DNA of 64,000 nt from a virus, in the IMG/VR virus record IMGVR_UViG_3300036770_005052, positions 64,001-128,000 of that record. One strand, given 5' to 3'. Position numbers and translations under genes: made by a program. Position 1 is the stretch's first letter; every line of letters starts with the position of its first letter. Shown here piece after piece: positions 38,721 through 49,991 of this stretch. Under the pieces are notes generated by a model that did not search any database, had not been told where the DNA came from, and was given only the letters and a program-made list of their open reading frames with translations.

Positions 38721-39332
38721 TTGAATGTGATAAAAAAATTTTCTGGTAAAGATACGAATATTATTGTTACCAGGTATGACGAAGGTTTATCTTGGATTAA
38801 ACCTTATCTTGAGTATTCGATTATTTACAATAAGGGTAAAGATGATCTCAAATATCCATCATTTAAATTGCCTAATATTGGTTTAGAGCATCATAGTTGG
38901 GTTTATCATATTGTAAATCATTATGATAATTTACCGAATTATCTAATTTTTTTGCAAGGAAGTCCACATTATCATTTTATAGGTAATGTGGAAAGATTTT
39001 TGGATAGATTTTTAGATTTGGATAGAAGAAAAAATATTCAAACAGAAGACTTTGAATATATACCTCTCACAGACTGGTACACAACAGAACCCATAAATTA
39101 CACAGAGGTAGTTGAAACTTATCAAGAACTTTTTGGCACAATTCCCCACTTTAAACATATTGAGTATGCAACTTGTGGACAGTTTTGCATATCTTCGAAT
39201 AGAATTAAACATTATCCAAAAAGTTTTTATGAAAAATACTTAGCCATCTTTGAAAGAAAAAATAATATTGATTACGCATATACTGCGGAGAGAATGTGGT
39301 CTTTATTTTACTCTCAAAAATATCTTAAATAA
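38721..39332 (+). CDS. DUF3431-like protein
   Basis: 'IIV.RY.E.L.W', 'IYNKG', 'LPN.G.E.H....HIV.HYDNLP...IFLQG.P..H', 'GQF..S..RI', 'ERMW..F'. Confidence 0.7.
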   Translation: MNVIKKFSGKDTNIIVTRYDEGLSWIKPYLEYSIIYNKGKDDLKYPSFKLPNIGLEHHSWVYHIVNHYDNLPNYLIFLQGSPHYHFIGNVERFLDRFLDLDRRKNIQTEDFEYIPLTDWYTTEPINYTEVVETYQELFGTIPHFKHIEYATCGQFCISSNRIKHYPKSFYEKYLAIFERKNNIDYAYTAERMWSLFYSQKYLK

Positions 39333-39354
39333 ATAGTTCTAAAACCAATATAAA

Positions 39355-41613
39355 ATGGCAAATTATACAAAGTCATTTAATTTTAGAAATGGTGTTCAGG
39401 TTGATGACACCAACTTTATAGTAAATGCCAATGGATTGGTTGGAATTGGAACCAGCATTCCAAGAGAAATTTTAGATGTTCATGGAAATACTAAGATCGT
39501 TGGTCTACTTTCTGCGACTCGTATTTACACTGAAGATATTAACGTATTAAGAAGTGGTTCTAATAGTTTAACCGTAGGTATTGTATCAATTTCTTCTGGA
39601 ATTATAACAGCAACTTCTGGAATAATTACATATTATGGTGATGGTGGAAATTTAATTAACTTACCAACGTCACAATGGATAGATGTTGATAGTGGATTTG
39701 GTTATACTAGCATATATGCATCAGGAAATGTTGGTATAGCAACAACATTTCCAAATTATACCTTGCAAATTGGAGGAAATCCTTCAATTCATAATGGTAT
39801 CGGAATTAATTCAAGAGGATCAATAGTAGCAACTGGTATTGTAACTGCAAATAAATTTGTTGGAATAGGATCAGATTTAACTTTATTAGATGCATCCAAC
39901 ATTTCTTCTGGAACTTTAAGCAACTCCAGATTGCCATCAATTATCAGTGTAGGTGGTAGTATAAGTGCAGGAACTGGAATATATGGCGACACATTAAATA
40001 TTGCTGGTAATATTACTGCAAATGATATTAGTGCAGATGGTAATTTACTTACAAATTTAAACGCTACTAGTATTTCTTCTGGAACTCTAAACAACTCCAG
40101 ATTGCCATCAGATATTACTGTTTCTGGCACAATTACTGCAGCATCTCTTAGTGGATCTGGAACTAATATAACAGCAATTAATGCGAGTAATATTTCATCT
40201 GGAACTTTAAATAATTCAAGATTACCATCTAATATTAATATTTCGGGAATTATTACTGCAACTAGAATTAATGGAAGTACATTAACATTATCACAAAATA
40301 TTAATGCACCTAGTGGTATTGTAACTGCAAATAAATTTATTGGAATAGGATCAGAATTAACTTTATTAGATGCATCCAACATTTCTTCTGGAACTCTAAA
40401 CAACTCCAGATTGCCATCAGATATTAGTGTTTCTGGGACTATAACAGCATCTAATGGATTTGCTGGAAATATTGCTGGAAATGTAACCGGAAACGTTATT
40501 GGTGATTTAACTGGAACGGCATCTTTAGCTAATAATCTTACTGGTTCTCCAGCTATTGTAGTAAGTAATATTAATAGCAATTTTTCTAATTTGGGTGTTT
40601 CTACATTAACAAGTGCTTATGTTCAAAATAGTATTGGAGTTGGTACACTTTCTCCAAATGCAACTGTTCATATTAGAAAAACATCAAGTCCAACATCACT
40701 TCAAATAACTAGTGATGCCGATGAATCCTACATTACAATAGGAAGTTCAGAATCTAGATTGGGAAGTAATGGTGAAATTAAATATGGAAACATAAGTGGA
40801 ATATATCCATATAGTTCTTCAAAAACCTTAGATATTATAAACTATTCTTTAGGAAATATCAATCAATATTTACATTTAGGAACACTACCAGGAATTGGAA
40901 CTGGAAACTTTAATTGGATTTATGGTCAAACCAACAATATTTTGTTGACACTGACCTATGAAGGTAAAATGGGAATTGGTGTCACAGATCCAATCAATAC
41001 ATTTGAAGTTGTTGGCACTTCAACAGTGACTAATAACTCATACGTTGGAAATGATTTTTCAGTAAGTGGAAATGCAACAATTGGTGGAAATTTAACAATC
41101 AATGGTTCTTTATCTTCTCAAGGAGCTATAAATTCGGATGTTGCAGGAACCCTTACTGGAAATGTTAATTCCACTAGTGGAATTTCTACATTTAATGATG
41201 TAAATACAATTTCTTTAAATGTAACTAATTATGTTGGAATAGGAACTACTACCGATGGTGGAACACCTTTAAAAATAAACAAAGGTGTTAATGCAAGATC
41301 ATTTATAGTATCTACAGATGGTTCAATAGGAATACAAACAAGTGAAATTCAAGACAATACAATTTTAACTGCAATTAGTGGTTCTTCTGTATTTTTATCA
41401 GTTGGTGTTGGTACAACTGCTTTACGTTCATCTGCAGATTTTGCAAATGCTGGTGGACCTGCGGGTATTAATTATAATTTTATGATTCTTCCAAAAGTTA
41501 CTACAACTGAAAGAGATAATTTCACAGGTGTAACTAATGGATCAATAATTTATAATACCACGACCAATAAATTCCAAGGATATGCTGCTGGTTCTTGGAT
41601 TGATCTTCATTAG
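39355..41613 (+). CDS. Tail fibre-like structural protein
   Basis: 'KSFNFRNGVQVD', repeated 'VGIGT..P', four 'ASNISSGTLNNSRLPS' repeats, C-terminal 'G.IIYN.TTNKFQGY....W.DLH'; ATAAATA at 39329. Confidence 0.8.
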   Translation: MANYTKSFNFRNGVQVDDTNFIVNANGLVGIGTSIPREILDVHGNTKIVGLLSATRIYTEDINVLRSGSNSLTVGIVSISSGIITATSGIITYYGDGGNLINLPTSQWIDVDSGFGYTSIYASGNVGIATTFPNYTLQIGGNPSIHNGIGINSRGSIVATGIVTANKFVGIGSDLTLLDASNISSGTLSNSRLPSIISVGGSISAGTGIYGDTLNIAGNITANDISADGNLLTNLNATSISSGTLNNSRLPSDITVSGTITAASLSGSGTNITAINASNISSGTLNNSRLPSNINISGIITATRINGSTLTLSQNINAPSGIVTANKFIGIGSELTLLDASNISSGTLNNSRLPSDISVSGTITASNGFAGNIAGNVTGNVIGDLTGTASLANNLTGSPAIVVSNINSNFSNLGVSTLTSAYVQNSIGVGTLSPNATVHIRKTSSPTSLQITSDADESYITIGSSESRLGSNGEIKYGNISGIYPYSSSKTLDIINYSLGNINQYLHLGTLPGIGTGNFNWIYGQTNNILLTLTYEGKMGIGVTDPINTFEVVGTSTVTNNSYVGNDFSVSGNATIGGNLTINGSLSSQGAINSDVAGTLTGNVNSTSGISTFNDVNTISLNVTNYVGIGTTTDGGTPLKINKGVNARSFIVSTDGSIGIQTSEIQDNTILTAISGSSVFLSVGVGTTALRSSADFANAGGPAGINYNFMILPKVTTTERDNFTGVTNGSIIYNTTTNKFQGYAAGSWIDLH

Positions 41614-41616
41614 TAC

Positions 41617-41645
41617 TTGACATAAGATTAAAAACCATATAGACT
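41617..41645 (+). promoter_or_regulatory. sigma70-type promoter
   Basis: TTGACA-17 bp-TAGACT. Confidence 0.6.
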
Positions 41646-41685
41646 ACCTTTGTCCTGGTTGAAGATAAGACTTAGCTTTCTTTAA

Positions 41686-41742
41686 GACACTTTAGAAACC
41701 GTCCACTACAACCCCGTCAAGGGGATTTTTTATTGCTATAAT
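41686..41742 (+). repeat. Dyad-hairpin-TATAAT element, copy 1 (divergent)
   Basis: GACACTT-taga-AACCGTC, CCCC/GGGG hairpin, TATAAT at +51. Confidence 0.75.
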
Positions 41743-41765
41743 ATCAAGACAGTCAACCAAACATC

Positions 41766-42998
41766 ATGTTTCAACTTCGTCCCCACCAACAACGTGGTCT
41801 TGATGCCATGATCAAACATCTTAAAGGTCAATTGGTCATGCCCACGGGTTCTGGTAAGACTCCTACGATGATCTTTGATGCTAAAAATCAATTTGACAAT
41901 CATTACGGAGAAACTCTGATCGTTGTAGTTGCTCCGCGTATTCTACTTTCTGAACAACTTTCTAGTGAGTTTCTTGAGTTTATCGATAATGCTTCCGTGA
42001 TGCATGTTCACACTGGTGAAACCCATCATTATAGTAGTACTAGTCCAAGTGCAATTCGTTCCTGGGTAGATAACACCAGGGGACATAAGATTATTTTTAC
42101 AACTTATAATTCTCTTTGCCGTATTCAAAAGGCAGACATTCATGTGAATACGATTTACTTTGATGAAGCACATAATAGTGTTAAGAAGTCATTCTTTGAG
42201 TCAACTGAATATTTTTCAGGGAATGCAGATCGTTGTTATTTCTTCACTGCTACACCAAAACACAGTGCAACGATTTCTAAACCTGGAATGAATGATTCTA
42301 GGGTTTATGGGCAGGTGATCTGTAATGTTTCTGCACCAGAGTTGGTTGATGCTGGATTTATTCTTCCAGCTAAAGTTTCAGTTCAAAAAATTGATCTGGT
42401 GCGTGATAAAGATTATGGTGCTGAGCGTGACTGTATGACTCTTCTTGACACGATTATCAATGAAGATCATATGGATAAAGTTTTGGTTGCGGCGCCGAAT
42501 ACTAAGGTTTTGATGCGTATGCTTGCGGAAACTGAATTCATGACCGAAATTCAGTCTTATGGCTATGATGTGATGTGGATTACTGCAAAGTACGGTGCAT
42601 TCATCAATAACAAAAAGGTTTCGCGTGAGGTATTCTTCGATACCTTGACTGCATGGGGTAAAGATTCTGATAAAAAATTCATAATTCTTCACTACAGCAT
42701 TCTGTCAGAAGGGATCAACTGCCCTGGGTTGACATCCTGCATCATGATGCGTAATATGGATGTGATCCAGATGTGTCAGACCATTGGTAGAGTGATTCGC
42801 CTGCATCCAAACGATTCCAAGCGCATTCAAGCTGGAGAGATCGCCTCAGGGGATCTTCAGAGCTACTCCAAGGCATTTGGAATGATTCATGTACCAGTTT
42901 ATGCTAATACTGGTATTGCCACCGCTAAGCGCCTTCAGAGCGTCGTTGACACTGTTTTTACACAGGGTCAACCTGCAATTTCTACAATCAAACTCTAA
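41766..42998 (+). CDS. SF2 (ResIII/DEAH-type) helicase
   Basis: Q-motif 'LRPHQ', Walker A 'PTGSGKT', 'DEAH', 'TATP', 'LSEGI', 'QTIGRVIR'. Confidence 0.9.
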   Translation: MFQLRPHQQRGLDAMIKHLKGQLVMPTGSGKTPTMIFDAKNQFDNHYGETLIVVVAPRILLSEQLSSEFLEFIDNASVMHVHTGETHHYSSTSPSAIRSWVDNTRGHKIIFTTYNSLCRIQKADIHVNTIYFDEAHNSVKKSFFESTEYFSGNADRCYFFTATPKHSATISKPGMNDSRVYGQVICNVSAPELVDAGFILPAKVSVQKIDLVRDKDYGAERDCMTLLDTIINEDHMDKVLVAAPNTKVLMRMLAETEFMTEIQSYGYDVMWITAKYGAFINNKKVSREVFFDTLTAWGKDSDKKFIILHYSILSEGINCPGLTSCIMMRNMDVIQMCQTIGRVIRLHPNDSKRIQAGEIASGDLQSYSKAFGMIHVPVYANTGIATAKRLQSVVDTVFTQGQPAISTIKL

Positions 42999-43019
42999 TT
43001 TTTAACAGGAGATCTTATT

Positions 43020-43163
43020 ATGTTTTGTGAAGTTAAGCTTTACGTTGCTGGTAAAATTTTTTACGAAACTGTGATTGCTCGCGACTATGCGGAAGCCAGG
43101 CTTGTTGCAAAAACACGCAATCCAAATGCTACAATTATGGGTGTAACTGCTGTGGTTCGATGA
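43020..43163 (+). CDS. Small hypothetical protein (47 aa, not in the ORF track)
   Basis: MFCEVKLYVAGKIFYETVIARDYAEARLVAKTRNPNATIMGVTAVVR; AGGAG RBS upstream, ATGA overlap downstream. Confidence 0.7.
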   Translation: MFCEVKLYVAGKIFYETVIARDYAEARLVAKTRNPNATIMGVTAVVR

Positions 43164-45550
43164 ACATTCAAAATGAAGGTATTTTAGATCCTGTTCCTGG
43201 TGAACCTAATGGGTTTGTCTCAAAAAATGGAGAATGGGCGGCAATTCCTTGGGGAAAGAAGTTCATTATTGTTTATAAGGGGCAACAAGTTCACACTGCA
43301 AAAAACTACAATTCTGCTAAATCTTACATTCAAAAGTCCACAAAAGGTTCATCGGTTTCAACTTTGGATCAATTTTTGTCCGAGTAAATACACATAATGC
43401 TTTAATTCAATGACACCTTCCTACTACTTTTGGTTTTTTGCCTTTGCTGTAATTGCTTACTTTATTGTGACCGATAATAGTGTTGCAATTGCAGTGAATC
43501 TTATTTCTAAATTAGTAGGAATTTGGTTTGAAAAGAAAAAATGGTGGTTGCTTCACAATCCTCGTAATCCTGTGATAAAATATCTAATGTGGCGTCATGC
43601 TCTGAAACTTGCCAAAGAAATTGAAAAGGAATTTAAACAATGAAACCTAACTTTCGCAAAGTATTGGAGATGGCACTTGAAGAAGGTGTCCGTTATGGTT
43701 ATTCTCGTGCTCATAAACACGTAGAAAATCCAACAGAAGGTGCTATTATTGATAATATTGTGGAGCAAGTTATGAATTCTTTGTATGAGTGGTTTGATTT
43801 TGAGGATAATAATGAACCTAATTAATTTTAAACATCGTAAAACATTAATTAAATATAATCATCGTGAAGATTTTGGACACGATTGGTACGTTCAAATTTT
43901 AAATATCAAACGATGGAGTTTACTCCAAGTATCTGTAAGTTGGAATGATTATCCATCTTGGCCTTATCTGCAGATCAAATCTGGAACTGGTGATGTTCTA
44001 GATTTTTTGTTCTGGGTTTATAAGTTTGGAATTGATGTGACTCTGATTGGTAGAACTTGGAGTTGGGACTATTTGGATGAAATAGATGAAGAAGGAGAAG
44101 ATAATGAAGGAATTTCCCGATAAACTTAATTTGGATATAATGTGGACGGTGGCAACATCGTCCAGTATTGAAACTGGCACAAGACCCCAATACGGGTTTG
44201 CCAAACTGCTGTATGATTACCTCACAGACAACGATCCCTATGGACTCTGTAATGACTTTAAAAGAAAAGAAAGCACTCCTGAAGAAACTTGAAACTGCCT
44301 ACAACACGTGTTTTGATTGTGGGAAGAAGTATGGAGTATATTCTGTAGGATGCTCCTCTGTTTATGAGTCAAAGTGTGGTGTGTGCGATGAAATCAAACC
44401 CATTACTGAAACTAGGGATTTTGCTTACTTTATTACTGGTATTCGCAAACTGAAACTTGAGATCCAAAATGAGAAAAGTAACCGTAAAACCGAAAAGCAA
44501 AAAGGCGAAGAACAGACTCTGCAATGTGATGGGTAATAATCCCATTTGCATTGTAGAGCAAGACAAAGGAGATGGTATGTTGTTTCTCGCATCAGAGAAT
44601 CAAAAATACTTTTTCTGGGTAAACATCAACGACTTTTGGGAATGTGATTGGGAGGTTATTTAATGAGTTTTTCTAAAACTGTTTCTGTTTTTGCTGCTCT
44701 TGCAAGTATCTTTGCTGCTGGTGCTACTGGTTGGAAACTTGCAGATTCACAAAAAGAAGTTCCTTTGAGTCCATTAGACCAAAAGGTTATGGAGTTGGAA
44801 AAGAAACTTGACCAAGCACAACAACCCCAAGTTGTTCCAGAACCTGTAATTCTTCCTACCCCCCAACCTCAACTGCCTCAAACATCTCAAACCCCTCCTC
44901 CTCAACTGCCTCCTCCTGCTCCTGCTCCAGAAAATGTCACTCCTTGATACTCTCAATTACCTTATACAAGACCAAGAAGGAGACCTTCAATGTTATGAAT
45001 GGGATATTAGGGAAGAACTCAATCACGAAGTTAATGATGTTGATTGGTATACTGAACAATACGACCTCACAAAACAAAGAATAGAAGACCTCAAACAAAT
45101 CAAAATCATTATTGAAAATCAATGAAAACCTACAATCTCACCATCACTGAAAAGCAGGCACGAGCACTTGTAGATGCTACTGATTTGCTTCAAAGAGTTC
45201 AATTGGGTCAGTGGAGGGAAATTCAAGATAATCTTCCTCTTCAAAAACCAATTGATTATACAGAATTTCACCAGGATATGAAAATTATTGGAGCAATTCT
45301 ATCCAAACATATGATTGATGGTATTGATGGTGGTGCTTCCTCACTTGGAGTAGGACATCAAGACCTTCCAGAAAGTAATGGTATTCTTTATGACCTTCAT
45401 CGGGTCATTCGCAGGAAACTTTCTGTGGAACGAGCAGTAGAGCAGGGTATTATTGAGAATGAAAATGTTTCCAGAAATGAAATGCCTATCACAGTGGATT
45501 TTGATTTACCTATGAAGTGGGGAACCGAACCACTTGCTAAACTGGAAAGG

Positions 45551-45606
45551 GTCAGTTGAGAAACTGGCACAGGGTATCTCCACAGGTGCCCTTTTTGCCG
45601 TATAAT
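45551..45606 (+). repeat. Dyad-hairpin-TATAAT element, copy 2
   Basis: GTCAGTT-gaga-AACTGGC ACA, agggtatct-ccac-aggtgccct, T-run, TATAAT at +50. Confidence 0.9.
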
Positions 45607-46484
45607 AATTTCAGTTCAAACAAACCAATGGACGACCAACACACTCTCAACGTGCAGATCGCTGACACGCTTGAGAAGATCCAACACATCAATCCTGTGT
45701 TGTATGGTTTCTGGTATAGTAAGTTGTATCCTCCTCATGGCGACACCAAACACTGGACTACTGAAACTCTTGTCCATTTAAACAATCTTTTAAAATGATT
45801 AGAGCAATCCTTAATCAAGTTCCAGTTAAATATGGATCTTATACTGCTGAAGGTAACAAGATCCGCCGAACATTCTCCAACGGTTTCAGTTACATCGTAG
45901 AAGAATGTAACTCACCAGAGGAAGCACAACGCATCGTCAGTGATCTCAACTATCTTACAAGCAAATGACTGAAACCAAAACCTATCCCTACCTCAAATAC
46001 ATTCCTCATTTTGTTGCAATTCGGTTGATTGTGCTTGGTCCCTTTGCGATTGCACAAGCAACGGCAGAGTTCATCTCCAACTCTCTGGATAAATTTACAT
46101 ACAAACTTGATAAACTTCTTCCATCACCTTATATTGAAAAGCAAGTAGAATGGGATCAGTTGCCCAAACAAAATCAAGAAGCGATTGAGTATCTTGCAAA
46201 AAAGCGTGATACTACCAAAGAACGAATTCTTATTCAAACTGTGAAACCATGACTAAACAACTACCACAAAAAACACACGCAGAGACACTAATTAAGGTCA
46301 CAGAAGAATACACTCTACGACCCAAAACAGGTGATCGTGCTCGTGTATGTATTGCTACTCTTCAATATCTACTGGACAACTTTGCTTACAATGTTGAGTA
46401 TGATGCTGATGGTTGGGGTGGTTCTGTTAAATGTGTAGAAACTGAAGACATTGAACATCTTATTTACCAACTGCAAAAACTGAA

Positions 46485-46661
46485 ATGAACTACCTCTGCC
46501 TACTTGATGGTGTTGTAGAATACGCCAGCACAGATCTCTACCAATTCAATCATTATCGTATGATGTATTACGAAGACCACAAAGATGCTGATGTAGAGTA
46601 TCTTGTGCTAACTGATGAAGAGTATAATGCTATGTTCCCTGTAGAGGAGGATGAAGAATGA
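46485..46661 (+). CDS. Small acidic protein, paralogue of 47521-47700 (not in the ORF track)
   Basis: MNYLCLLDGVVEYASTDLYQFNHYRMMYYEDHKDADVEYLVLTDEEYNAMFPVEEDEE. Confidence 0.8.
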   Translation: MNYLCLLDGVVEYASTDLYQFNHYRMMYYEDHKDADVEYLVLTDEEYNAMFPVEEDEE

Positions 46662-46933
46662 GCGGCGGACACTTCAACGATTGCGGATACGAATACTATA
46701 ATGTCTCACAGTTTGCTGATGAACTTGAAGCAGAAGTTCGTAACAACTTTGAGAAGGATGAGTATGGTTATGCCTATGAGTATCCCCCAGAAGTTTGTGA
46801 GTATCTTTTAGAACAGGTGCCCAAAATGCGTAAGATGGCAGAGATTATGAGGGCGGTGGATTACTTATACAGCGGCGACCACGGTAGCGATAGTTTTATG
46901 GAAAGGGTGAAAGAAGTAGAAGAGAAATATAAG

Positions 46934-46989
46934 GACACTTGAAGAACTGGCACAGGGCATCTCCACAGGTGCCCTTTTTGCCTTATAAT
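46934..46989 (+). repeat. Dyad-hairpin-TATAAT element, copy 3
   Basis: GACACTT-gaag-AACTGGC ACA, agggcatct-ccac-aggtgccct, T-run, TATAAT at +50. Confidence 0.95.
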
Positions 46990-47011
46990 ACTCTTATAAG
47001 CAATCAAACCG

Positions 47012-47278
47012 ATGGACTACGAAACTGAAATCATAGATGGACGCAAAGCAGTTGTCCGTCATTTCTTCAAATCACACGAAATTCAAGTTGGTTCTCGTTG
47101 GGCACGGGCAGATGGTTCTAAAGGTTTTGTGACCGTTGAAGGTCTCAATTCTTATGGGAGCACAGACCCTTGGTATGAAGTAGTTTATTCTTGGGAAGAA
47201 AATGGTGTGAAGAAAATCTGGCAAAAAGAAACTTTTGCCTTTCAATGTCGTTATTGTTTGATTATTGAGGACACTTGA
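47012..47278 (+). CDS. Hypothetical protein, single-gene cassette between copies 3 and 4
   Basis: Starts after the element leader, stop codon inside the next element. Confidence 0.8.
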   Translation: MDYETEIIDGRKAVVRHFFKSHEIQVGSRWARADGSKGFVTVEGLNSYGSTDPWYEVVYSWEENGVKKIWQKETFAFQCRYCLIIEDT

Positions 47279-47325
47279 AGAACTGGCACAGGGCATCTCC
47301 ACAGGTGCTCTTTTTGGTTTATAAT
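47270..47325 (+). repeat. Dyad-hairpin-TATAAT element, copy 4
   Basis: About 40 nt identical to copy 3; TATAAT at +50. Confidence 0.95.
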
Positions 47326-47520
47326 ACTCTCATACACACAGACACCTGATGACTTTTCTATCTGGACTTGAAACTTACTTTCTGTTTTTTATTGGAGTTT
47401 ATGCGGTAAATCAGGTTTGGAATTTCTTTACAAAAGAACGAACCCAAATTCAAATCTTCACCGAAGCACTTCTTTGGGCAGGAGTTTGGATTGTTTTTGA
47501 TAAAATCGTTGGTATTTGAA

Positions 47521-47700
47521 ATGTCTCTCAATTATTTGTGCCTTGTTGATGGTGTCGTAGAATACGGCAGTACAGACCTCAACCAATTCAATCATTATCG
47601 TATGTTGTATGCCGAAGACCACCAAGATGCTGATGTAGAGTATCTTGTGCTGACTGATGAAGCATACAACGAAATGTTCCCTTGTGAGGATGAAGAATGA
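47521..47700 (+). CDS. Small acidic protein, paralogue of 46485-46661
   Basis: MSLNYLCLVDGVVEYGSTDLNQFNHYRM...; start moved to ATG 47521. Confidence 0.8.
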   Translation: MSLNYLCLVDGVVEYGSTDLNQFNHYRMLYAEDHQDADVEYLVLTDEAYNEMFPCEDEE

Positions 47701-49595
47701 CTAACGAAGAACTCCCAGTATCAAACGAATTCATCACATTTGTGAGAATTCGACTTGACCACGAACAAAAACAACAATTCCGTCGTTATCTAAATCTCCA
47801 TTATCTTGGTGATGTGAATTGTAATGAGTATGATGAGAATATGAAAATTGTTCCCAAATACCCAGAGAAAGAAACACAAGAGTTCAAAGATGCTATGTGG
47901 AGAGCAGATATGTCAGTAGATTATCAAGTCAAAGTAGTTTATGATGTAAATGGTCAATGTAAATTGGAGTTGCTATGATTGACCTCAAAAGATATAAAAT
48001 CACTATTACTGTCACCACAAGAGATAGTGCTTTTGATACAAAAATTGGAGACCCTATTTGGCATCTCCTTGATATTGAAAATGGAGAACGACTTGATAGT
48101 GTTTCTTTACCTGTTGAATTACCTTTGATTAATTATGAATAAACTCTTTCAATACGATAAAAAAGTTTGGGAAAATGATGAAACTGACCGCACTTGGCAG
48201 TTCGGTGTCATCAACAATCGTTCATTACTTTGGGTGAATTATGAAAATCCCAGTAGTTTAGTTCATAGTAATGGTGGATTTCACATCATGCTCTCATTTC
48301 TTACTTCTTCTTCTCTTTTTGGAGTAGATTTTCAAGTTGGTAAGATTGGTTTGAGTTTTAACTTTTTCACAGAATACTTTGATGGGTGGGATGACTAATG
48401 TTTAACTTCAAAGAGGACTGGGAAGAACCAACTCGTAAGGCAATTCAAAAAATGCTGACTTATAAGGGATACATTCCATCCAAAGACCTCAACGAGTATC
48501 AGTATCAAACCTATCTTCAAGTAGCATCACCATACGAACTTGAAAAGGACATTATCACCGAAAAAACGATGCTTAAAGTAAATGATGAAGAATTATGATT
48601 AAAATCTATTGTGTGGTTGATAATGTTGATTTGGGTTATCACGTTCTGTGTGCTTCCACTTCCAAGGATAAAGCACAAGTAGCATTAGATATAAAGATTA
48701 AACAAAAATATGATTATGCTATTAAACAACAAGTGCTTCGTGGATTTGATTACGAGAAAGCAAAAGAAAAAGTAGATGAATGCTTCTGGACTCCTTATGA
48801 AATTATTGAGATTGAGGTGGAAGAATGAATAAGGACGCATACTACGACTGGATTGATGAAAACGACACATATCCAGAACATTCTCATAAGTGGATAGTGG
48901 GACTTTATAACAAATATGAAGGTGTAGAGGGACTTCATAGATACTTTGGAGTTTTTGAAACCAAAGAAGAAGCAAAAGTATTCGCAGCAGATTATAAAGA
49001 CAAATATACAAAACCAGGATTTATTTCAAGTATAAGAGTGTTCCCTTTGTGTGAGGTATTATGACCAACCCTGATTACCGAATTGAAGAATGCTTTGATT
49101 TTGATTGTATGACTACTTACTATGTTATTCAAAGATATAATGTTGTTCAAGCAGAGTATGTTCTTCACTCAACAAAAAGATTTGGACAACTTATGCAAGC
49201 AAAAGAGGCAATTAGGATGTTAAGGAGATACAAAGAACCAATTTATCATTATATGGAGTGAGAAATGACAAAACTCTACAATCGTCCTATGAATTTCTTT
49301 GAGAAACTTTCTGCTGGGTATTATTGGTTTGGTGAATGTTGGAGTGAGTGGTGCTATACTATGAGAAGTGAAGACGGAGAGTTCTTTAACTATCTTCAAA
49401 GTGATTATGTCCGTTATGAACAGGATATGTATTATGACTGATTGGTTGTCTGGTTTTAGAGAAGAAATCAAACAAATTAGAGAAGACAACAAACAAATTA
49501 GAAAGGAAGTTGAAAGATTGCGAAAAGAAAATGAAGCACTTCGTTCCATTACTCCTAAAAAATTATTAGAGATTGTGGAAAAATCTGTAAAGGAG

Positions 49596-49651
49596 GACAC
49601 TTTCTAAACTGGCACAAGACCTCACCACAGACCCTGTGGATGCCCTATAAT
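49596..49651 (+). repeat. Dyad-hairpin-TATAAT element, copy 5
   Basis: GACACTT-tcta-AACTGGC ACA, ccacag-acc-ctgtgg, TATAAT at +50. Confidence 0.9.
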
Positions 49652-49961
49652 ACTCTCATACACAAAGGAACTCCAAATGCTTGATGCTTTTACTGATTAT
49701 CCTATTCCATCTTATGGTGATGTTGCGGGAGAAAAAGCACCTATTCGTAGAGCAAAAATCTTGACCTACGATAGAAATAAGTATTGTGATGTGCTTGTCT
49801 ATCAAGTAGATAAAGATGGAGATTTGAGAGGAACTGTTGTTAATTTTAAGCAGTTTTATCTTTATAAAAATGAAGCACGACTTGATGATGGCATTCCATT
49901 CACTGATGAAGAACTGAAAACTCTTCCTTGGACTAAAATAAGTTCTCCTCATTCCATTTGA

Positions 49962-49991
49962 TATAATGACCTCATACACAAAGGACTGATG
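49962..49991 (+). repeat. Half element (TATAAT plus leader only)
   Basis: TGA-TATAATgacctcatacacaaaggactgATG. Confidence 0.75.

Noticed and set aside
46934-46951. Dyad as an NtcA site or Pho box
   Set aside because: Does not match GTA-N8-TAC or Pho-type direct repeats
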